Virus record (IMG/VR): IMGVR_UViG_3300029305_001557
Coordinates: 1 to 64,000 of that record
Source of the DNA: a virus
Lineage: Duplodnaviria; Caudoviricetes
DNA length: 64,000 bases
Reading direction: 5' to 3' (one strand)
The notes under the pieces are model-generated. The model did not search any database. It was not told the origin of the DNA and saw only the letters and a program-made list of their open reading frames with translations. Position numbers and translations under genes: made by a program. Shown in pieces: positions 7,380 through 15,277 of the stretch (positions are counted from its first letter, which is position 1; each line of letters opens with the position of its first letter).

Positions 7380-9470
7380 TTAGTCTTCATCTAAATTCTG
7401 ATAGCGTTCATTTTTCTTGCCGACTTCTTCAGCTTCGACTTCAATTATATCCTCTTTCTTTGGAGGGTCTTCTTGGGTCATATTACCGAAAAGTCTTTCA
7501 AGAATACCGCCACTTTGGGGGTTAGTGATTGAAGTGGTCTGCTCTTCAGAACCGTCTGCTCTGATAATTCGAGTCTGTCTGAGGACTTCAGGACTACCAA
7601 ACTCATACATCTGTTTCAACATCTGCATATAGCGAATATTGGTGTCCATAAGCTGTGTCGTAACAGGGTCAATAGTACCGTTCATTACTTCCATAACCAT
7701 AGCTCTTTGCATACGAGCCATATTATGCTCTACGATACCTTGTACGGCTTGAATAATATCAGCCATATCTCTCGTGTCAAAGCGGTTAAACATATCGTTA
7801 TAGGCACAGACATATCCTGCTTTATATTCAGGGCATTTCTGAGCCGCATAACAAGTGTCACAAGCATACTTCGGATATTTCTTAGAGTATACCTTTTTAG
7901 GCTTTCTGACAGCTTTCTGACCCTTGACAAACAAGCCCTTTTCATCAAACACAGGAACAATATCAGCTTTACGATAAATCTCCTCATCGAGCTTATCAAT
8001 CTCAGGAGCAGACTCCTCGTCTTTCGGGGAGGGAATTAGCCCTGCGAGTTTTAATCTCATCTCTTCAGGAGTTAAATCTACAAGCTCTTCCTCAGTGTCA
8101 TCAATATAGTGGTCACGCTCTTTAACAATACGGTCAAAATTAGTTCCCAAATGCAGTAGCTTATCGTTGCTACCTGACAAACACTCTCTAAAGAACGCTG
8201 TAAGGTCTGCGATTTTTTCTTGCTGAGACCCAACAATACGGTTGACATACATATCGTGAAGACCGTCAATAATCTCTTGGGAATAGTTCTGCCTTAAAGG
8301 AAGATACTCAGGGTCATTCCAATTAAGAAATACGGTCATATCACTTAAAGTATTAGCAAGCTCCTCTACAGGAAGCTCAGGATTGATGTTCATACTCCGA
8401 GCGTACTCTTTCATACTATCGGGGTCGGGTGAACTCTGAAACCAACGAATTGAGGGGAAGAAGTCTTCAGGAAGGTTATCCACATCTACTTTAACAGCTC
8501 GGGCTTTGAACCAATACATAAGAGACTTTAATCTCTCGTGGATAAACTTCTCTGCCTGAACAAACGCATAAGCATTGACCCTTATCATCTCTGTCTTATC
8601 TTCCTCACGAATGAGGTCAAAGTCAAATTTCAGGTCATACTTACTTATTAAAGGAAATGCCTTAGTCTCAAATTCGGTCTTCTTCACTCGGGTCATCTTA
8701 GTACCCGTCCACACGGAAATTTCTCCATACTTCAAACCAACATTCCAAGTAGTAGAGTCAACGGTGTAGAAAGGGTACTGAGTGAGCATACCTGTTCTTG
8801 TAGAAGCCATACCTTGAATAAGGGTATTGTACTTCTCCGCTATCTTAAATTTATTTCTTAACTCAGTCTCATCAATATTACCGTCCACATTCAAAGAAAT
8901 GCCAACATAGGGATAACGCTTACACATATATTCCCATTGGTCAAGTCCTTCTTCGTGGTATATAAAGCATACAGGTATTCCTGTTTCAAGCATAAACGGC
9001 TCAAAGTACTTCTTTCTCCACTCATAGACTTTCTCATTACCTACAAGATACTGTAAGTCAAGGTCAGCAATAGCAAAGATAGAGTCCTTATGCTTTCTCG
9101 CCCAATTAAGATACTCGTGTATCTGTTGCTCCCACTGCTCTACAGTGTAGCTTTCAAATTCGGGGTTAGTAATATAGGTATAAGCACCTGAGTCAATAAA
9201 CAAGTGCATATCGGGGTACTTCTTTATCTGTCCGTAACCTTTACCTTTCAAGTACTCATAAGACATCAGGAAATTTCTGATACCTAAATTGTACAGAATA
9301 TCAAGGTAGGACTCATACTCAACACCTGAATAAAAGATAGACAAGGGACGAGTATAGTCCATTACTTGTCTTAAATCAGTATACTTACGCTCCGTAGAGG
9401 TGGGAGTAAAAGAAGTCTCGGTCTGCATTTCCATATCAGGAAGCTTTACTCGCTTTACTTTGATACTCAT
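7380..9470 (-). CDS. dpdA: DpdA-like DNA 7-deazaguanine transglycosylase (TGT fold) with a long helical and Cys4 C-terminal extension
   Basis: LFIDSGAYT, AIADLD, PVCFIYH and YPFYTVDSTTW are TGT/DpdA-type motifs; adjacent to folE in a queC/E/D cluster; CDTC-x5-C-x8-C near the C-terminus. Confidence 0.78.
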   Translation of the reverse strand: MSIKVKRVKLPDMEMQTETSFTPTSTERKYTDLRQVMDYTRPLSIFYSGVEYESYLDILYNLGIRNFLMSYEYLKGKGYGQIKKYPDMHLFIDSGAYTYITNPEFESYTVEQWEQQIHEYLNWARKHKDSIFAIADLDLQYLVGNEKVYEWRKKYFEPFMLETGIPVCFIYHEEGLDQWEYMCKRYPYVGISLNVDGNIDETELRNKFKIAEKYNTLIQGMASTRTGMLTQYPFYTVDSTTWNVGLKYGEISVWTGTKMTRVKKTEFETKAFPLISKYDLKFDFDLIREEDKTEMIRVNAYAFVQAEKFIHERLKSLMYWFKARAVKVDVDNLPEDFFPSIRWFQSSPDPDSMKEYARSMNINPELPVEELANTLSDMTVFLNWNDPEYLPLRQNYSQEIIDGLHDMYVNRIVGSQQEKIADLTAFFRECLSGSNDKLLHLGTNFDRIVKERDHYIDDTEEELVDLTPEEMRLKLAGLIPSPKDEESAPEIDKLDEEIYRKADIVPVFDEKGLFVKGQKAVRKPKKVYSKKYPKYACDTCYAAQKCPEYKAGYVCAYNDMFNRFDTRDMADIIQAVQGIVEHNMARMQRAMVMEVMNGTIDPVTTQLMDTNIRYMQMLKQMYEFGSPEVLRQTRIIRADGSEEQTTSITNPQSGGILERLFGNMTQEDPPKKEDIIEVEAEEVGKKNERYQNLDED

Positions 9471-9991
9471 GTTTCACCTCCATACTCATACACTGTCGTG
9501 GTCTTACAAGGACTCTTAGCTCCTCTGATAGATACGCAGGTATGTGTTGCTACCATTCGTACACTTAAATATTCAGGGTCAATAACAGAAACAAGATACT
9601 CCCCAATTTCTGTAGTAAGTCTCTCCTGTAACTGTGGCTTCTTAGAGAAATAGTCAACTACTCTCGGGATTTTAGAAAGCCCGATAATTTTGTCTTTCGG
9701 GACATAAGTAACGACTACATTTCCCATAAAGGGAAGCCAATGGTGTTCACACGAACTGTTTACAGGTACTTCCACAGAGACAGGATTGTGATTTTCGGCA
9801 GGAAAGACCTTCATCTTAGCATTAAGCTCATTGAGGTGTCTGTTATTCCTGTTTCTAAATAACTCATTACAGTACATTTTCGCAACCCTGAGAGGAGTAT
9901 CTTTATTACTTTCTGTAATAGGAAGTCCAAGCAGGGAGGAAATAGCACTGATATGTCCTGCAATCTCTTTGATTAAATCTTTATCAGTCAC
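9467..9991 (-). CDS. folE: GTP cyclohydrolase I
   Basis: KDTPLRVAKMY, SSCEHHWLPF, IIGLSKIPRVVDYFSKKPQLQERLT, HTCVSIRG. Confidence 0.96.
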   Translation of the reverse strand: MTDKDLIKEIAGHISAISSLLGLPITESNKDTPLRVAKMYCNELFRNRNNRHLNELNAKMKVFPAENHNPVSVEVPVNSSCEHHWLPFMGNVVVTYVPKDKIIGLSKIPRVVDYFSKKPQLQERLTTEIGEYLVSVIDPEYLSVRMVATHTCVSIRGAKSPCKTTTVYEYGGET

Positions 9992-10013
9992 GGTTGTTCC
10001 TCCTCTCTTTGAT

Positions 10014-10244
10014 TTATCTCTTCATAGAACCTAACTTCATAATAGTAGCAGGGTTCTTTCTGCCGGGAATGGGTGGAGCGACTCTCTCACCTAAAGCGGC
10101 TTTACCTTGATTGATAGAGTCCTGAATACACTCTTTTGCTTTTCTCAGTCTTTCAGGGTCAGACTTGATTTTCTGATACCTTGCAATCGTCTCAGCGTCT
10201 TCTCTTGTCTCCCAATCGTACTGCTGTCTGTCTAAGTTCAACAT
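10014..10244 (-). CDS. Hypothetical phage protein (76 aa)
   Basis: AAAGGAG RBS; helical WETREDAETIARYQKI motif. Confidence 0.75.
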   Translation of the reverse strand: MLNLDRQQYDWETREDAETIARYQKIKSDPERLRKAKECIQDSINQGKAALGERVAPPIPGRKNPATIMKLGSMKR

Positions 10245-10266
10245 AGCACTTGTTCTCCTTTCTTCT

Positions 10267-10305
10267 AAAATGAAAACAACTCCGAGATAGCGAACTACCT
10301 CGGAG
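10267..10305 (-). terminator. Intrinsic terminator with UUCG loop after the 60-aa peptide gene
   Basis: CTCCGAG-GTAG-TTCG-CTAT-CTCGGAG followed by TTGTTTTCATTTT on the minus strand. Confidence 0.8.
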
Positions 10306-10326
10306 CGTTTGTGTCGAGGTTAGAGA

Positions 10327-10509
10327 TTATCTACCTCTTGTGGGACGGATTGTAGCTGCTCTACCACGAGTTCTGCCTGTAGCACCTAACGCAGATACAC
10401 CGTATCTACGGTAGTACTGAGACATAGAACGCATACCATTACCACGGGGCATACCCGCAGAAACAGTACCTCTGTTGCCAGCACCTCCGCTTGCGTAAGC
10501 CTTCATCAT
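10327..10509 (-). CDS. Small, highly basic Arg/Gly-rich peptide (60 aa, no Asp or Glu)
   Basis: Strong AAGGAGG RBS; has its own promoter and terminator; 11 Arg, 12 Gly. Confidence 0.8.
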   Translation of the reverse strand: MMKAYASGGAGNRGTVSAGMPRGNGMRSMSQYYRRYGVSALGATGRTRGRAATIRPTRGR

Positions 10510-10609
10510 TGACTTACACCTCCTTGCTTGTTAGACTATAGGAATGGGTGTTATAACGGCTATGTCCTACAAAACAAGCATAAACTTGGGACACAGCACC
10601 CTCCTACGC
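10510..10609 (-). promoter_or_regulatory. Structured 5' leader (nested hairpin) of the peptide gene
   Basis: TAGGAGGGTG/CACCCATTCCTA, GCTGTGTCC/GGACATAGC and CAAGT/GCTTG nested pairings. Confidence 0.55.
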
Positions 10610-10615
10610 ATTTAT

Positions 10616-10644
10616 AGTATAACCTATTTTGACCAAAAAAGCAA
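10616..10644 (-). promoter_or_regulatory. SigA-type promoter TTGCTT-17-TATACT
   Basis: Read directly. Confidence 0.6.
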
Positions 10645-10660
10645 GGGGTTTCGAGATAAA

Positions 10661-11428
10661 TTATTGAAATAAATTATTTTTAGGAAATTTCACACCTAAA
10701 TCTGTGAGTAAAGGGTCTTGCATATTGACAAGAGCGAACCCTTCTGCTCTACCTATACACGAGCTACAGTGGCAACAAGGAACATCTCCATTATTAAAAC
10801 ACGACCAACTCAGACTCATATTAGCCCCAACTTCAAGTCCTAACGAAATAATCTCGGGCTTTGATTTACTCATCAAGGGGGTAAGCACAGTAAACTTTCC
10901 GTTTAAGTGGTGCTTCATAACTGAACCCTCAGTTAAAGACTTAGCTACGGACTCTGCAAAGCGTGGGTGGGTGTCTACAAAACCGTCACGAGGTTTACCC
11001 AAAATGTTTTGACTACCATTTAGTCCTGTACAGATATATTTTATTTGTAAAGACTCAGCTAAAGACCCTGCTAAACCTAAAAGAATGTGGTTTCTTAAAG
11101 GGATATAGCTTTCGGGGTCTACAACTCCTCTTTTAATCTCTTCTACCCCTGTACTTCTAACTTCTCCTCCAACAATGGGGAGAGTCTTCAGCCAAGGAAG
11201 GTCAATACTAACACGGATAAGTTTGTGACCATAAAGGTCAGACATCTCTTGTGACATAGCCCATTCTTTTTCAAGAGCAGACTGTCCGTAGTCTACAAAG
11301 AGTTCTGTCACTTCAAATCCCGCCCAATGTAGTAATGCGTCACATACACAGGAGTCAAGACCTCCGCTTTGTAGTAGCACTACTTTCTTGTCGGGAAGAG
11401 CTTTGTATTTCTGCAATCTCTTCTCCAT
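10661..11428 (-). CDS. queC: 7-cyano-7-deazaguanine (preQ0) synthase
   Basis: VVLLQSGGLDS, VDYGQ, YIPLRNHIL, SWSCF, C(C)HCSSCIGR; no glutamine amidotransferase domain. Confidence 0.95.
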   Translation of the reverse strand: MEKRLQKYKALPDKKVVLLQSGGLDSCVCDALLHWAGFEVTELFVDYGQSALEKEWAMSQEMSDLYGHKLIRVSIDLPWLKTLPIVGGEVRSTGVEEIKRGVVDPESYIPLRNHILLGLAGSLAESLQIKYICTGLNGSQNILGKPRDGFVDTHPRFAESVAKSLTEGSVMKHHLNGKFTVLTPLMSKSKPEIISLGLEVGANMSLSWSCFNNGDVPCCHCSSCIGRAEGFALVNMQDPLLTDLGVKFPKNNLFQ

Positions 11429-11711
11429 TTGAATACTCCTTTTCTAACACAATTCGCAACTTATCTCTGTACTCCTTGTTATCACTTATACGAATAAGAC
11501 TAATAAGAAGATACCGAGATAAATGCTTTGGCACAATGCGACTATACGCTAACTTAGTGAGATATTTTGCCGTAGAAAACTTGGCAATATGGGTATGACC
11601 ATACTTAAAAGGTTTACGAGCATTAAGCACAACAAATCCGTTGCTGACTGCATACACTTTATAATGACGGTTACTGTACAGAGGTCTTCCCAAAGTTCCT
11701 AAACCAATCAA
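11355..11711 (-). CDS. Conserved hypothetical phage protein (GHTHI motif)
   Basis: KPFKYGHTHI...YLLISLIRIS resembles small Firmicutes phage proteins; start uncertain. Confidence 0.65.
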   Translation of the reverse strand: MIGLGTLGRPLYSNRHYKVYAVSNGFVVLNARKPFKYGHTHIAKFSTAKYLTKLAYSRIVPKHLSRYLLISLIRISDNKEYRDKLRIVLEKEYSNGEEIAEIQSSSRQESSATTKRRS

Positions 11712-12099
11712 AAGATAAATTGTACTTAGCCATTAACAGACTCTTCGCCATTTGCTCTAAAAGTGCGTGTTCGGAAATATCGTAATAAGCAACCTCAATA
11801 CTGTTGTAATCTCTCTCAACCCAATTATACTTACAGTGTAAAAGTTCGTGGATAAGGATTTCCTCAGCACAATACTTTAATATTCTGTCACCATAAAACT
11901 CGGGCTTTAAGATTTTAATAACACAGCTTTTCTGCTCAATACAAAAGATGTTCTCGCCACAAACTTCTTTTAAGTTCATATCGTCAGGCTCAACTAAGTT
12001 AATCTTTATAATCCAATCTTGCAGGAACAGTCTTTCCTGCCATTCTTGCAAGCACTTATATGCTTGCTCTATAGAGGTGAACTCCATAATAGGGGACAT
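11671..12099 (-). CDS. HExxH zinc-metallopeptidase-like protein
   Basis: EEILIHELLHC with a downstream Glu (EHALLE). Confidence 0.65.
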   Translation of the reverse strand: MSPIMEFTSIEQAYKCLQEWQERLFLQDWIIKINLVEPDDMNLKEVCGENIFCIEQKSCVIKILKPEFYGDRILKYCAEEILIHELLHCKYNWVERDYNSIEVAYYDISEHALLEQMAKSLLMAKYNLSFDWFRNFGKTSVQ

Positions 12100-12100
12100 A

Positions 12101-12739
12101 CTACTTCACTCCTATACATTTGTGCATTTGAATTTGAACCCTCGCATAGTAAAACTTGTCTTTAATAAGCCAATCAATTAACTGCTGTCCTATCATCGGC
12201 TTTCCTTTCTTGTCAAACATAGGGCTAAAAAGGATTTTTGCAGAAGTCGGATAAGACCGTAAAATTCTCTTTGCAAATTTATAGTCTTCCTCGTCTGCAA
12301 TGACAAACTTTACTTCATCGTGGGGCATTAAATTGCCGAGGTTGGTGAGGATATTTTTATCACTAACACCACTACTCGGGCATTTAATATCCATAACATA
12401 TTTATAGCTTCGGTTATAGCTACAGGGTTCTATAGGGACACAGCCGTTAGTTTCGATAGACACTTTGTACCCCTCACCTACAAGCTCGTAAATGACAGGG
12501 TAAACATCATCTTGAATTAAAGGCTCACCACCTGTAATACACACATAGGGGACACGGTATCTCTTTATCATCTGAATAAGGTTGCCGATAGATACCCTCT
12601 TGCGATTACAAGCTTTCTGAGGTTGGTCACAGTAGGTACATTTTACATTACACCCAAACAGTCTAACAAACACACAAGGGAGTCCTGCGTCAGTACTTTC
12701 TCCTTGTATGCTTACAAAGATTTCATCTAAGTATAACAT
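12101..12739 (-). CDS. queE: 7-carboxy-7-deazaguanine synthase (radical SAM)
   Basis: EIFVSIQGE, VFVRLFGCNVKCTYCD, ITGGEP, IETNG, DIKCPSSG; start set by the GGAGGTG RBS. Confidence 0.95.
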   Translation of the reverse strand: MLYLDEIFVSIQGESTDAGLPCVFVRLFGCNVKCTYCDQPQKACNRKRVSIGNLIQMIKRYRVPYVCITGGEPLIQDDVYPVIYELVGEGYKVSIETNGCVPIEPCSYNRSYKYVMDIKCPSSGVSDKNILTNLGNLMPHDEVKFVIADEEDYKFAKRILRSYPTSAKILFSPMFDKKGKPMIGQQLIDWLIKDKFYYARVQIQMHKCIGVK

Positions 12740-12743
12740 AAAC

Positions 12744-13106
12744 TCACCTCCTACATTCTGCAAAAGAACTTTCTGTCTCCCACAGTTTGACGGACTCTAA
12801 GGTAAGTCCCATATTAGAAAACTTATGGCTTAATTCTCTAAAAAAGCTCTGCACCATATTTTCTGCGGTAGGCTTCTTAAAGAAGTCATTGAGGTATTGG
12901 TGGTCATACCTGTTTACAATCTGCTCATTTACAACAGTCTTCAGAACTCCAAAGTCTACTATCATACCTGACATCTCATCAACAGAACCACTGACTGTTA
13001 CCTGTAATTTATATGAATGACCGTGAAGTCTATTACAAGCACCCTCATAATCAGGCAAGTGATGTGCCGCTTCAAAACCAAAGCATTTAGTAACGCTTAC
13101 TTTCAT
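12744..13106 (-). CDS. queD: 6-carboxy-5,6,7,8-tetrahydropterin synthase
   Basis: FEAAHHL...CNRLHGHSY...DFG...DHQYLN...PTAEN...LWET. Confidence 0.96.
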   Translation of the reverse strand: MKVSVTKCFGFEAAHHLPDYEGACNRLHGHSYKLQVTVSGSVDEMSGMIVDFGVLKTVVNEQIVNRYDHQYLNDFFKKPTAENMVQSFFRELSHKFSNMGLTLESVKLWETESSFAECRR

Positions 13107-13118
13107 AACAGCACCTCC

Positions 13119-13400
13119 TTACTGAATTACGATGTTTGCAATCATTACGGTCTTTTCTGTATCTTCGCCTTCAACAATCTCAGAAAAGCCCGGCTTGATT
13201 AACAAGTCTTTGCCCTTAGTGGCAAGTGTACCCCTCGCTACTGCGATACCCTTATACATCTGATTAACAGCAGAAGCACCGACAGCACGGACTTCTAAAG
13301 TGAACCCGTCTTCAATGCTCTTAACGATACTTCCGGCAAGCTGAGGAACAGGGGACTTGCCTGACACACGAATTTGCTTTACTTCTTTATTTACTGCCAT
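13119..13400 (-). CDS. spoVS: Stage V sporulation protein S homolog
   Basis: IRVSGKSPVPQLAGSI...EVRAVGASAVNQMYKGIAVARG...KPGF. Confidence 0.9.
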   Translation of the reverse strand: MAVNKEVKQIRVSGKSPVPQLAGSIVKSIEDGFTLEVRAVGASAVNQMYKGIAVARGTLATKGKDLLIKPGFSEIVEGEDTEKTVMIANIVIQ

Positions 13401-13758
13401 TGTCACACACTCCTTTCTTGTGAATAGTTAAAAGATATTGAGCCACAATTTTATCTCGTGAAACATAACCATACATACGACTGTCATAAGAATGGTCAGC
13501 ATTATCGCCCTCAAAAAAGAACTTGCCTGTAATGCTACTTATCTGAGTTAGACGCTTAATAACATACTTTTCTCCCACAGGTGGAGTGTAAATAAGCACA
13601 CTCCCTACTTTGTAGTCTTTAAGCAATCTACAGCCGAGAATTATGTCTCCGTCATTGAATGTGGGGTACATAGAGTCTCCGCACACTTGAATGACAGGAA
13701 AAGCATAAATTAAAAAGGCTATAACTAAAACGAGTATTGCAAGAACAAACCACAACAT
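13387..13758 (-). CDS. Signal peptidase I (S26 family), minimal form
   Basis: N-terminal TM helix, catalytic GDSM(YPT), VIKR, and GDN...SYDSRMYG. Confidence 0.9.
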   Translation of the reverse strand: MLWFVLAILVLVIAFLIYAFPVIQVCGDSMYPTFNDGDIILGCRLLKDYKVGSVLIYTPPVGEKYVIKRLTQISSITGKFFFEGDNADHSYDSRMYGYVSRDKIVAQYLLTIHKKGVCDNGSK

Positions 13759-13764
13759 AACTAC

Positions 13765-14214
13765 TCACCTTCCTCTTCTCTTAATGATAGAGTCTTTCGG
13801 CACAATTCTGAAGAAATCCTCTAAAGAGAGTGCTATGTAGTCTTTGGAAGTGCCGTGCTTATGAAAGATAACACACGGTACTTTACCTTTAGGACAATCA
13901 CTCTCAGCTTGTGCAAACCAAGCAGGAAGACTCCAAGTCTTTGCGTTCTTACATTCAATGTGGAGAACTAAATCCACATTCTCATCAAGGGCTACAATGT
14001 CACCTCTGAACTCATCGGCTTTAGTAGACTTCTTTGCAAAGCCGCCTGACTGTGGAGTACGAGTGAGTTCCTCGTCATAATGGTCTTTGAACTTTCTTGC
14101 AACTTCTCTTTCAAAGTTACTGCCTTTAGCTTTACTTCTTTTCCCGAGCTTCTTTCGTTGCTCTTTAGCTGACTCTAAGTTAGCTTCACCTTTAACTGTT
14201 ACTTTTAATGCCAC
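13765..14214 (-). CDS. Holliday junction resolvase (PD-(D/E)xK)
   Basis: SKAKGSNFEREVA...GDI...IECKN. Confidence 0.85.
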   Translation of the reverse strand: MALKVTVKGEANLESAKEQRKKLGKRSKAKGSNFEREVARKFKDHYDEELTRTPQSGGFAKKSTKADEFRGDIVALDENVDLVLHIECKNAKTWSLPAWFAQAESDCPKGKVPCVIFHKHGTSKDYIALSLEDFFRIVPKDSIIKRRGR

Positions 14215-14271
14215 TGTAAAATACCTCTTTTCTTTCTCAATTTATTGTACTGCTTACCTGAGTACAGCATT

Positions 14272-14300
14272 ATTATACCACTATTCACGAAAAAAAGCAA
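14272..14300 (-). promoter_or_regulatory. SigA-type promoter TTGCTT-17-TATAAT
   Basis: Read directly. Confidence 0.7.
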
Positions 14301-14347
14301 GAGGGAAGCAACTTCTTTTTACAGAAAGCTACTTCCCTCGTAACAAA

Positions 14348-15265
14348 TTACTTAGTTTCTTCCTGATGTCTTAAAAGTTGTTTCAGATACATAGCGTATG
14401 CCTTGTCTGCTACTACTTTCATATCAGGGTGCGGAGCACCTGTTGTACCAAGACTTCTAAGATTAAAGAAGTGGTCAAACTCTACACAATTTGCGGTCAT
14501 AATAATTTCCGTCTTCAGTGCATTAGGTAGAACTGCTCTTGCTTCCTGCGGAGAACGACCTCTTGCAAGCATACGCAAGTAGCTATCCTCAACTCTGTTA
14601 AGAGACTGCTCAAAATACAGCTTACTCTCACCGTCCCACTCATCATAGAAAGCAGGTTTGATACAGGTAATCTCGCCGCCAAATTTGTCTTTACTGTAAT
14701 TACAATAGCGAGTACTCTCCTGAGCATAGGACGCAGGACGATGACGGACAATTTCGTGAGTAACACCTCTATCACAAATAAAGTGGAAAGTAAAGTGTTT
14801 ATGGGCTTTATAAGCGTGTTCCTGAATATCAGGAATAGTGTCAATGTCTACAAGAGTCACACTGTCCTTAATCAGCTTAATCTGAACTCCACGCTCAGTA
14901 TATACCAACATCGGGTCAATATCGTATAGTACTGACAGCAATTCATCACAATCCGCTTCGTTAATAGCTCTCAGATTGGCAGATACAAGATAACGCTCTC
15001 TTCCGTCTGCAAGCTCTTCTACAGACCTATTAAAGAACTTTGCACTTCTCAGGTCACTGTACAGAGACTCCGATACTTCAAAGCAGAATACAGCGTGTTC
15101 AAGCATTGCCGTATGTCTGCGAGAGACAAGACTACTGTAAAACTTCTTAGCTGTCTCCTCGGTCATTTCGGAAGAAGACTTATAGCAGGTTCTACCCACT
15201 TTCTCAATCTTCATAAAAGGGTCTGCAATGTCGATTAAACTTACCGAACTTTCAATTAACTTCAT
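14348..15265 (-). CDS. thyX: FAD-dependent thymidylate synthase
   Basis: HTAMLEH; THEIVRHRPASYAQESTRYCNY; ARAVLPN. Confidence 0.96.
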   Translation of the reverse strand: MKLIESSVSLIDIADPFMKIEKVGRTCYKSSSEMTEETAKKFYSSLVSRRHTAMLEHAVFCFEVSESLYSDLRSAKFFNRSVEELADGRERYLVSANLRAINEADCDELLSVLYDIDPMLVYTERGVQIKLIKDSVTLVDIDTIPDIQEHAYKAHKHFTFHFICDRGVTHEIVRHRPASYAQESTRYCNYSKDKFGGEITCIKPAFYDEWDGESKLYFEQSLNRVEDSYLRMLARGRSPQEARAVLPNALKTEIIMTANCVEFDHFFNLRSLGTTGAPHPDMKVVADKAYAMYLKQLLRHQEETK

Positions 15266-15277
15266 AATGCTACCTCC

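Noticed and set aside
8476-8484. Perfect DnaA box TTATCCACA inside dpdA
   Set aside because: A single isolated 9-mer inside a coding region is compatible with chance.
7380-9470. tRNA-guanine transglycosylase for queuosine tRNA modification
   Set aside because: It lacks the bacterial Tgt C-terminal zinc-site layout, and there are no queF, queA or tRNA genes in the window. The motifs and context fit a DNA-acting DpdA better, though this is not proven.
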